Virus record (IMG/VR): IMGVR_UViG_3300020599_000004
Coordinates: 1 to 64,000 of that record
DNA length: 64,000 bases
DNA from: a virus
Reading direction: 5' to 3' (one strand)
The notes beneath the pieces were generated by a model. The model did not search any database. It was not told the origin of the DNA and saw nothing but the letters and a program-made list of their open reading frames with translations. Below are positions 56,191 through 64,000 of the stretch, one piece after another. A program made the translations under genes and the position numbers. Position 1 is the first letter of the stretch, and each line of letters opens with the position of its first letter.

Positions 56191-58626
56191 TTAAATGTCC
56201 AGGGTCATGAGATCCCCATAACCCACCCAACGCTTGCTGTCCGACTGTGAAGTCAGGCATTTCATCGTGATCATCCCACGGGGTTTTACCACGACTGGAT
56301 TGCCGGATGCTTGGATACACCACTCAACTTCGCTGTAATAGCCAACATCGACGGACATGGGCAGGTCGGAGTTGTTCCAGAGTCGAAGCTCGGCCAACTC
56401 TTCGAACGAGCCGAATGCGTTAAAGATTACGCTCAGCTTGGTCACGTCTTCGTTGAGGGTATCACTGGCTTTGACCTCGGTCAGCATGTCTTTCAGCTGC
56501 TCGGGGTAGATGTAGAGTGATCCGTACGAATCCGTGGTGATGTTGCTGTACCCATCGTACTTGGATGCGGCCATCCCCGTGACGATATCACCACTGGCTA
56601 ACCACTGAGTACCCGTGGCTTCGTTGTTGGTATCACCATCCAGGTAACGCACATTGACCAAGCCACCGGCGGGCACGACAGGAAAGTCGACCGAGGGGGC
56701 GTAATCAAGGTACATATCCCCACCACGAAGGTTCAGGACAGCACCTGTGTTGTTACGGATGTAGAATCCCTCGCCCATGCCGTAACCATTCGGCCAACTG
56801 ATATTAACATCTATCTGGTCGGCGTAATAGCCACCCTGAATGTAGATCAGAGCGCTTTTTACATCATCCGGATAGATGTCAGCGTAATACGCAGTGCCTT
56901 CATCATCCGACTGAACATCCACCCTGACCACGCGGTCAAAGTCCATCTTACCCTGCGGGGTAACCCCCACACCGGTCCACAGGACATGTGCTGTTTCACC
57001 GCCACCCACTACCGTACCCAGCAGACAGGCCATGGGCGGGATGGTGTACGCATTGATGCCGATGGCAAATTCCGACCAGAGGTAACTCTGATGCATCTTG
57101 GCAGTCAGGTTGGTGTTGTTCCACACGTAGACCTGCTGACCGATCAGTCCCGGGTTACGGGCCTTGATGTTCAGGTCGAACTCATTGGTGCCCTCATCCC
57201 CATGACTGACCAGTTCGACCAGATTACCAACAGTGTCGTCGAGGTAGAACTCACACTCGGCGTAGTTGTTGTCATAGTCGACTTCCAGTTCGACCTGCAT
57301 GACGCCCAGACCCGCCGATCCAGATGCCGTGCCAGTGATCAATACCACACCTTGGCCGTCCATCTTGGCCACCAAGCGCCCTTGGATGGCGTTCAGATCG
57401 GCCAGCTGATTGGAAGCCCCATTCGGGGCGATCTGTGGGGTGAAGTACTCGTCATCGATCTCCAACACTTGGCCGGAAACGTTTAGTACACCGAAGACAG
57501 CACCCAGCCTGGCGTTCTGACCATTGATAACATCCAGGTAGAAGTTATCAATGGTATCGGTGTCCAAGTTATCCGGATTATTGATCAGGATGAACTTGTC
57601 TGCATGCTGAAGTAAATCGATCTCGGCAGATGCCCAGTCAGCATCGCCGCCTTTCGTCAGCGGCACAGTGACGATGTCTTGCCAATAGGCATCCGCGCTG
57701 CTGGTCCCGGCTTGACTGCTGAAGAGCAGAACCGTCGGGACTTCCTGATCCACGTCGATAACCCGACCTAGCACCTGATCGCCCCGGCTCAACTGCTTAG
57801 CCGTACCGTTGGGTAATGCCACCGGGGTCATCTGGCTCTCATCATAGGCCAGGTCGATTTCAGTGGCATTGTACAACCCGAACCGACCACCGGCCTTGGT
57901 CGCCGTCCCAGCATTGAGGATGAAGAGTTTCCCATTCCCTGCCAAGTTATCCGGATTGGTCAGGTAGATAAACTTACCCTGGTGGGTCTGCATGTCTACC
58001 GTGGCTTCAGGACCTGTCTCTCCATCGGTCAGAGAAAGCGTGACCACATCTTCCCAGGCATCACCGCCTTCGCCCTGGATACCTTCCAGTTGTCCAGAGA
58101 CCAGGTAGTACGGCAGCTCAGCATTGACCTTGATCAGTCGAATGTCAGCCACAGCCCCCGGTTTAAATTCCTGCTGGCTGTTGTTCAGCGCATAGGCCAC
58201 TTGGCAGTTGTACGTATCGATCACCGGAGATGCATCGGTGGAGTTGTACACCCCGATGGTTTGGCCCAGGTGTAACACGTTAGACGGAACGATCTCGATC
58301 TTGAACGCATCGTCCGTGTCTGCCGTGATGATAACGAACCGACCTGCATGCAATTCAGGGTCAAGTGTGGCGTAACGACCCCGGTTAACGATGTTCTTCA
58401 CCTTGACTTCGACGATAGGCGCGTTGTCGCTGCTCATCTCGTTGGCAAAGTTAGTCAGGGCTGTCTGCAAGACAGACTTGGTGATGAGCGGCGTTCCCCA
58501 GTCGTCGACGATGGAGGTGCCGCCTGCCATGTACACCTCTTTGGTATTGAGATCGACATAATGCGCATTGAGCTCCGGTGGAATGAAGTCCGGCGCACCT
58601 CGACCTTTGTACAGGTGTTGTTCCAT
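56191..58626 (-). CDS. acidic 811-aa protein with ~6 tandem beta-rich repeats (fibre/virion-appendage-like)
   Basis: N-terminal GRGAPDFIP..HYVD anchor-like motif; six ~120-aa repeats with G..[FIV].[LV].N.[TS] and W/Y-x-x-x-G ends. Confidence 0.7.
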   Translation of the reverse strand: MEQHLYKGRGAPDFIPPELNAHYVDLNTKEVYMAGGTSIVDDWGTPLITKSVLQTALTNFANEMSSDNAPIVEVKVKNIVNRGRYATLDPELHAGRFVIITADTDDAFKIEIVPSNVLHLGQTIGVYNSTDASPVIDTYNCQVAYALNNSQQEFKPGAVADIRLIKVNAELPYYLVSGQLEGIQGEGGDAWEDVVTLSLTDGETGPEATVDMQTHQGKFIYLTNPDNLAGNGKLFILNAGTATKAGGRFGLYNATEIDLAYDESQMTPVALPNGTAKQLSRGDQVLGRVIDVDQEVPTVLLFSSQAGTSSADAYWQDIVTVPLTKGGDADWASAEIDLLQHADKFILINNPDNLDTDTIDNFYLDVINGQNARLGAVFGVLNVSGQVLEIDDEYFTPQIAPNGASNQLADLNAIQGRLVAKMDGQGVVLITGTASGSAGLGVMQVELEVDYDNNYAECEFYLDDTVGNLVELVSHGDEGTNEFDLNIKARNPGLIGQQVYVWNNTNLTAKMHQSYLWSEFAIGINAYTIPPMACLLGTVVGGGETAHVLWTGVGVTPQGKMDFDRVVRVDVQSDDEGTAYYADIYPDDVKSALIYIQGGYYADQIDVNISWPNGYGMGEGFYIRNNTGAVLNLRGGDMYLDYAPSVDFPVVPAGGLVNVRYLDGDTNNEATGTQWLASGDIVTGMAASKYDGYSNITTDSYGSLYIYPEQLKDMLTEVKASDTLNEDVTKLSVIFNAFGSFEELAELRLWNNSDLPMSVDVGYYSEVEWCIQASGNPVVVKPRGMITMKCLTSQSDSKRWVGYGDLMTLDI

Positions 58627-58636
58627 CTCGTTGTCC

Positions 58637-60028
58637 TTAGTTGTTGACCAGGGTCTCGCCGCTATCGTTGCTCAGGTCGTCCCCATCGCTACCGGTCAGC
58701 ACGTTCGGGAAGATCGTCTGATCGTTCAGGGTGTACTTCAGTACGACCAGGTACTGCACTTTACCAAAGGAACGTACGATGTACCAGACGCCTTCACGCT
58801 GCATGCGGCTGTAGTTCAACGGCACCGAGGTATCGGGCGTCATCTCCTCGGCGTACCGGAGCTGTTCGATCAGCTGTACGGCGAACGCGCGGGTATCCGG
58901 CGACATGCGACCAAAGTCGGTGTGCGTACTGGGAACGGAGATGTAGTCCTTCCACTGGTCGTAGAACTTGTTGATGCCATCGCGGTTATTGGCACCGCCC
59001 ACTGCCAGCAGTTGCAAGCCTTTATAGGGACTGGAAACCACCGAAAGCACGCTCTTGACAAACTCCTCGGTATAACCCGTGCCCTTGGCAGTCACGATGG
59101 CCTTTTCGATCGCTTCCTCGGTTTGCACCGTGGAGGAGTAGACACCCGTCACCAGCACCTGGTTGGGGATGGCGTAGTTGTTCCACATTGGGGTGATGAT
59201 GAACTCAGTTGCCTGAAAGATGTCCGGAAAGATCACTGCCCATTCGTCGCGGGTGTGCGAGGAGTTGTCCAGGATGTAATCGACGATGGCGGTTTTGATG
59301 TTGTCGATGTTGTTACCGGCAGCGCCGTAGATAACCGTGGTCCAGTCGGTGCTGATGGTCTTGGTGCGATCATTCGGGTCGACCCAGTCAAAACTATCCG
59401 AACGGATCAGCGTCTCGGGGTAACCGTTCTTGGTTTCCTCGATGCGCGCGATCACTTCGGGCAGCTTGATGGCGGCGACCAGGGCTTTAACAGCGTTGTA
59501 GTCGCCGAAGAATTGGTCGATAGGCACCAGGGGCGGTACGACCAGGATCTCGAAGTCGTCGAACTGGTTCAGGAACGACTCACTGGCCATCCAGACTTTG
59601 ACACGGTTCTCACCGATGTTAGCATTGGTGAAACTGATGTCAAAGAACTCAGGACCCCAGATGTTGCCGTCCTTGATCATCACCCCGGAATTATGAAACT
59701 CGACCGTTTCACCCCAGCGGTTGATGAACAGTGCCTGGAAAGCCGCCGCATCTTGACTGAAGCTGCCGGCGTTAGCCTGTTGGTAGACCCAGGCGATGAT
59801 CGCCAAGACCCCGCTGACAAACGTCTCATCCGGGGTAACGTGCACATTGTCCTGGGTGCTGGTAAATGAGGAGAAACTGATACCTGGGTAATCGGCAGCT
59901 TGGTGATGGGTTTTCTCGCGAGCGTAAGTCCAACCAATCGGTGCAAGCTCACCCAGAGGGGCTACAACCTGCTTGGTGTTGTCGATAAGCGCACCGATAT
60001 TGGCGAAGCCCTTTAGGGTGTAGCTCAT
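58637..60028 (-). CDS. virion structural protein (phiKZ-like conserved)
   Basis: 463 aa; GGAGAG RBS; function inferred from context. Confidence 0.7.
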   Translation of the reverse strand: MSYTLKGFANIGALIDNTKQVVAPLGELAPIGWTYAREKTHHQAADYPGISFSSFTSTQDNVHVTPDETFVSGVLAIIAWVYQQANAGSFSQDAAAFQALFINRWGETVEFHNSGVMIKDGNIWGPEFFDISFTNANIGENRVKVWMASESFLNQFDDFEILVVPPLVPIDQFFGDYNAVKALVAAIKLPEVIARIEETKNGYPETLIRSDSFDWVDPNDRTKTISTDWTTVIYGAAGNNIDNIKTAIVDYILDNSSHTRDEWAVIFPDIFQATEFIITPMWNNYAIPNQVLVTGVYSSTVQTEEAIEKAIVTAKGTGYTEEFVKSVLSVVSSPYKGLQLLAVGGANNRDGINKFYDQWKDYISVPSTHTDFGRMSPDTRAFAVQLIEQLRYAEEMTPDTSVPLNYSRMQREGVWYIVRSFGKVQYLVVLKYTLNDQTIFPNVLTGSDGDDLSNDSGETLVNN

Positions 60029-60159
60029 GGAATCTCTCCAAAAGTATGAATGCCATTGACACTAGACAAAGATCACCCTAAGATACTCGATCCCTCGAAG
60101 CTATCTTAGAGGTCTGGTCAAACCATACTATTTTTGCCTGAGAGCCAGGATAACCTGAC

Positions 60160-60684
60160 ATGGAGAATACATCGGTGGGCCTTGGTCTAAAGATCCTATC
60201 CTACCTATTCCCATTCTTGAAAGAAATAGTGCTAGGGAATACACAAATCCGGGAAGTCATGGCTCGCAACAAGCTGGTCACTGCTTTCGTGACGGTGAAC
60301 CTCTTGCTGTTCGGCCTGTACATGTACGCATGGACAGAAGCCCGGAATAAAGACTACGCACTGATCGAGAATCTGGGGAAGGTCAGTCAACTCGAAGAGC
60401 GCCTCAGTACCGCAAAGGAACGGTACGAGGAAAAGGAGAAATCTTACAAGGACCGTATAGAAGCGCTGATGCGTGAGGGCGACGGGGACGACGCACGCAT
60501 CAAGACGCTGACGGAGGACAACGCTAAGTTGCGCGATCGGATCGCGGAAGTGCAGAAAGACAATGCCAACCTCCGAGAACAATTCAGACTGAAAGATCGT
60601 GCTGATAACGCCCGCACCGCCAGGCAGCGCAGCATGTACCTTGAACAGTTGGAGCGCCTGCGACGACAGGAAAGCGGCTCCTGA
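60160..60684 (+). CDS. i-spanin (Rz-like) candidate
   Basis: N-terminal TM LVTAFVTVNLLLFGLYMYAW followed by a long coiled coil. Confidence 0.65.
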   Translation: MENTSVGLGLKILSYLFPFLKEIVLGNTQIREVMARNKLVTAFVTVNLLLFGLYMYAWTEARNKDYALIENLGKVSQLEERLSTAKERYEEKEKSYKDRIEALMREGDGDDARIKTLTEDNAKLRDRIAEVQKDNANLREQFRLKDRADNARTARQRSMYLEQLERLRRQESGS

Positions 60685-60697
60685 CCAGGAAGATGCC

Positions 60698-61132
60698 ATG
60701 CGTAAACACATCCTGCTGATAACGGTGCTGTTATCAGGCTGTGCTGTGGTGGACCGGTTTCCGGTTACACACAGTTGGGATCGCACTATCGAAACTGACG
60801 GAGCGGTCACCAACGAACGGTATTCGTACATCACTTACGAGCGCAGCACAGCCACCTCCGATGACAGCGTAGCGGCTGAAACGGAAAAGGCACCCAACGA
60901 GACTAAGCCCACCGCCACGTGTGAGCCTTTCGTACCACCACCTGCTGAGCCGATGCCTTCGATCCCAGACATTTTGCCCAGCGACCGTAAGGACCCTGAG
61001 CGCGTGGGTACCATCCTGGTCGGCCACATTGCCCAGCTACGGGAATACATTCGTAAGCGGGACAAAGCAACTGACGATGCCTTCATTGAGTACCGCAAAA
61101 AGTGCAAGGCTTTTGGTACCCCTTCGCAATAA
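60698..61132 (+). CDS. o-spanin (Rz1-like) lipoprotein candidate
   Basis: MRKHILLITVLLSGC lipobox; Pro-rich CEPFVPPPAEPMP; ATG 60698 with AGGA RBS (track start 60599 is too long). Confidence 0.7.
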   Translation: MRKHILLITVLLSGCAVVDRFPVTHSWDRTIETDGAVTNERYSYITYERSTATSDDSVAAETEKAPNETKPTATCEPFVPPPAEPMPSIPDILPSDRKDPERVGTILVGHIAQLREYIRKRDKATDDAFIEYRKKCKAFGTPSQ

Positions 61133-61209
61133 CAGGGTCGTCGTGTTTTTTAGGACAAAGCCTGTCTATCATCTGAGAGACAGGCTATCCCTACTGCTAG
61201 AGAATCGAC

Positions 61210-62682
61210 ATGTCTGATACCCAGAAGAAAAAAGCCATCCTTTACACCGATGGCGGCTACCGCCAGCAGTACACATCCGGCGGCTGGGGCGTACACGGCT
61301 ACACGTACATCGACGCCGTGCCTGACAAGGGCACTGGTAATCCCAAGTGCCTCCCTACCGCCGGCGGCTATGTTCAAGACAAGAGCACTGCCACCCTGGT
61401 TACCATTGAACACTACATCGATGGCGTAGGTGGCGTACCTAACGCCATCAGCAACAACCATACCGAGCTACAAGCCACGGTAAAAGGCCTGGAGTGGATT
61501 GTCGAAAAGGGCATTCACCACACCAAGGTCTTCACAGATTCCCGTTATGTCGTTGACGGCCTGACTAAGTGGGTCGATAAGTGGCAACGTAACAACTGGA
61601 CAAACTCCCAAGGCAACCCCGTCAGTTCGAAGGACCTATGGCTCACTGCTGTGCAGCTGATGGAAAAGGCCACTGAACAGCGTCAGACCATCGACATCCA
61701 GTGGATCAAAGGCCATGACGGTCACTTCGGTAACGAAATGGCAGATCAATACGCCAGTCGAGGTAACGTCTTGGGTCGTAAGGGAATGGATTTCTCCTTT
61801 ATGCTCGAAACGCCTGCTCCTGGGTATTGGAATAAGAAAAACGAGTACAGCCGTCTGCTCTCCAGTGGTCGCTGGTATTTCCAGACCACGGATGAGGCAT
61901 ACACGACCGAAGATGGCAAGACCATCTACTACATCGGTGAACACGGCGAGGATGATGACGAAACCCACGGCAAACGTGTCTCCGACAATTCCAACACGGT
62001 CCTGTATCTGAACGAACCTGATCCGGTGCTGGAACAGATTCGTAAGCAGGCCATGGAGATGGATCGTCGCAAGTTTGGTTCAGTGATGATCGGTCGCCTG
62101 GATACCATCCTGTCCCCCACTGTTTACTCTGAGATTCTGGAGCATGGCACCAAGTTCATGGACTTTGGTGGGGAACGTAAAGACATGTCCACGGCTAAAC
62201 GCCGTCCGGTGGTGAAAGAACAGAATCCACCGGGACTGTCCTATATCGGCATCGACGTACTGAACAACCTGCAAGGGCTGTTGGACGACTACTTGGTGCG
62301 TAAGCCTGGGATTTGGATTACCGACATAACCGACCTAATATATGACGTCGAAGTGAAAAAGAATGGCGTCACAAGGAAGGTTAAGAAGGAACTTTCGCCG
62401 TCCACCAAGTACCTGGATGTCGCAGTTCGCTACAGCACCAAGAAAGTCTCAGAAGTTACCGGTGAAGACGATCCTTCAGTCAAGACGAAGAAGGTTCGGC
62501 TGATCTTTGGGATCGATCTGGCAAAACGGAACACGCTGTCGAATATCGCAGGTGACGACGTAAGAGTCAGCGTTATCACTTGGCGGGAATCCGATTCCGT
62601 GATCCGTTACGCCACGGTCATCGAGACAAGCGCAGGCACTGGGATTTGGGCTGGGACTGACTCGAACTACCTGATGGTTTGA
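61210..62682 (+). CDS. rnhA: ribonuclease HI with C-terminal extension (phiKZ gp155-like)
   Basis: YTDGG, SNNHTEL, FTDSRYV, WIKGHDGHFGNEMAD catalytic motifs. Confidence 0.92.
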   Translation: MSDTQKKKAILYTDGGYRQQYTSGGWGVHGYTYIDAVPDKGTGNPKCLPTAGGYVQDKSTATLVTIEHYIDGVGGVPNAISNNHTELQATVKGLEWIVEKGIHHTKVFTDSRYVVDGLTKWVDKWQRNNWTNSQGNPVSSKDLWLTAVQLMEKATEQRQTIDIQWIKGHDGHFGNEMADQYASRGNVLGRKGMDFSFMLETPAPGYWNKKNEYSRLLSSGRWYFQTTDEAYTTEDGKTIYYIGEHGEDDDETHGKRVSDNSNTVLYLNEPDPVLEQIRKQAMEMDRRKFGSVMIGRLDTILSPTVYSEILEHGTKFMDFGGERKDMSTAKRRPVVKEQNPPGLSYIGIDVLNNLQGLLDDYLVRKPGIWITDITDLIYDVEVKKNGVTRKVKKELSPSTKYLDVAVRYSTKKVSEVTGEDDPSVKTKKVRLIFGIDLAKRNTLSNIAGDDVRVSVITWRESDSVIRYATVIETSAGTGIWAGTDSNYLMV

Positions 62683-62758
62683 AGTCTGTCAGGTTTTACT
62701 TCAACCGTCCACCTCCCCACTTCGACGGGAGGGTGGCTTAAGCGCACCCAATAAACCT

Positions 62759-63181
62759 ATGGTTATCACAACTGCTTTGAGGAAAACCGGGGCCAAGATG
62801 CTCCCACGGCGCATGCTCGAGCGCGCCAAGCGGATCATCTTCGTGACGACCCTGTATCTGGAAATGGTACGGGAGAGCGAACCGTCAACCGACACCCTGG
62901 AGGAGCTGAATCGGTTGTTCAAGCTGGCAGGTGATTCCGACGCTCTGATGGTACCTGCATTACTGAAGGGCGTATTCTGGGGTAAGCGGTCCGAAGTGAT
63001 CCAGCAAGCCAGTGAAAAACTCAACGCTGGAGACATCAACCAAAGCTGCCAGCAGATCCTGTCGATTACACCGGCCTGGATGCGTTACGGTGAGGGCAGC
63101 ACCGAAATGCTGGCGGATACCAAGTCGGTATTACGGACGGCGTACAGTGTGCATGCCCAAGGCGGTCATGGCAGTCATTGA
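62759..63181 (+). CDS. hypothetical protein
   Basis: 140-aa ORF ending at a convergent terminator. Confidence 0.65.
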   Translation: MVITTALRKTGAKMLPRRMLERAKRIIFVTTLYLEMVRESEPSTDTLEELNRLFKLAGDSDALMVPALLKGVFWGKRSEVIQQASEKLNAGDINQSCQQILSITPAWMRYGEGSTEMLADTKSVLRTAYSVHAQGGHGSH

Positions 63182-63191
63182 CGCAGCCTAG

Positions 63192-63236
63192 ACGGCATAA
63201 ATGGAGGTGGGGTTGACCCCACCTCCACTATGTCCG
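63192..63236. terminator. bidirectional GGCATAAA-hairpin-CTATGTC element
   Basis: TGGAGGTGGGG/CCCCACCTCCA stem between convergent stops. Confidence 0.78.
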
Positions 63237-63239
63237 TTC

Positions 63240-64000
63240 TTACTTGGACAGGATGTTGGTCAGGTTCTTGTAGGAGTCATCCACCGAGGTGGTAAATGCC
63301 TGCAAGAAGTAACCCACTGTGCTGTAGAACTCGACTTCACGGGCCATGAAGTAGGTCAGGTCAGTCAGTTGTTTCAGCACAGGTCCGGAGACTTGGTAGG
63401 TTTCCGGGTCTTCCTTGATGTTGGTGATCAACTTGTCGAGCAGCACCGAGATGTCGGTGACTTGCTTGAGCAGTTCCTTACGGTTGATCGAGGCGTACTT
63501 GCCGTTCACATCGTTGAGGTTCCGTGTCACCATGGGCAGATCGCCATGACGCTTGATCACAGCGCCGTAGGTGGACTCGGTTTTTCCTGACTTGTCGAAG
63601 CTGTTTGCGAACGCTTGCTTCAGACCGTCCAGGTCGGGGGCCTTGTAGCGGGCCAGGTCTGGAGTGAAGGAAACCGCGCGCAGCGCATCAGGACGCATCA
63701 GTAGTGTCCCGATCCAGGTTTCGAAGGGTTTAAGCAGGCCTTTCTGGAGATCATCCAGAACCTTCTGTGCTTGCGCCAGAAGCTCGATGTACTGCAACCA
63801 GGTGGTGTTGAAGCCCACCGGTACGAAAACGCGCAGAGGAGCAGCAGAGACGTAATCCACGTCACGCATCAGGTGCTCCAGCTTCCGGCTGTCGACCAGC
63901 TGAGGCTTAGGAGACGCAGGACTCAGCACGCCAGCAATGAATTGCTTGGCTCCGTCCAGGAATTCCGGAAGACGACCCGTGAACGCATTGAGCGTTTGCG
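63240..64000 (-). CDS. hypothetical/virion protein, 5' end beyond the window
   Basis: frame stays open from 63929 to the window edge (QTLNAFTGRLPEF..). Confidence 0.7.
   Translation of the reverse strand, partial: QTLNAFTGRLPEFLDGAKQFIAGVLSPASPKPQLVDSRKLEHLMRDVDYVSAAPLRVFVPVGFNTTWLQYIELLAQAQKVLDDLQKGLLKPFETWIGTLLMRPDALRAVSFTPDLARYKAPDLDGLKQAFANSFDKSGKTESTYGAVIKRHGDLPMVTRNLNDVNGKYASINRKELLKQVTDISVLLDKLITNIKEDPETYQVSGPVLKQLTDLTYFMAREVEFYSTVGYFLQAFTTSVDDSYKNLTNILSK

Noticed and set aside
58568-59869. 433-aa plus-strand ORF
   Set aside because: Antisense shadow of the 58637-60028 structural gene
1-64000. tRNA or rRNA genes
   Set aside because: No cloverleaf with TTCG/T-loop and CCA pattern or rRNA-like stretch recognised by eye in the intergenic gaps; a tRNAscan run would be decisive

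Overview
This window is a segment of a phiKZ-related (Chimalliviridae-like) jumbo phage genome, moderately GC-rich, covering the head, baseplate, tail-fibre and lysis regions. The conserved core includes a DnaB-like helicase, the major capsid protein, a non-virion RNA polymerase beta subunit piece, a RuvC-like resolvase, baseplate proteins and the portal. It also carries a modular endolysin, five tail-fibre paralogues, a PAAR/spike pair, an SbcC-like ATPase, a spanin pair and RNase H. The most striking accessory element is a ~12 kb minus-strand, largely translationally coupled cluster (25381-37275) directly downstream of the tail-fibre genes. It encodes six radical SAM (CxxxCxxC) proteins, three Fe(II)/2OG-type oxygenases and several unknown proteins. 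It also encodes a 190-aa structural-looking protein ending in a Cys/His repeat (CHYSCHNNCHGNRGRR), which looks like a phage-encoded RiPP-style protein-modification system. A recurrent GRCATAA-hairpin-TTATGYC element marks many gene-block ends. All family assignments come from motifs read by eye and recalled synteny; no database searches were run.
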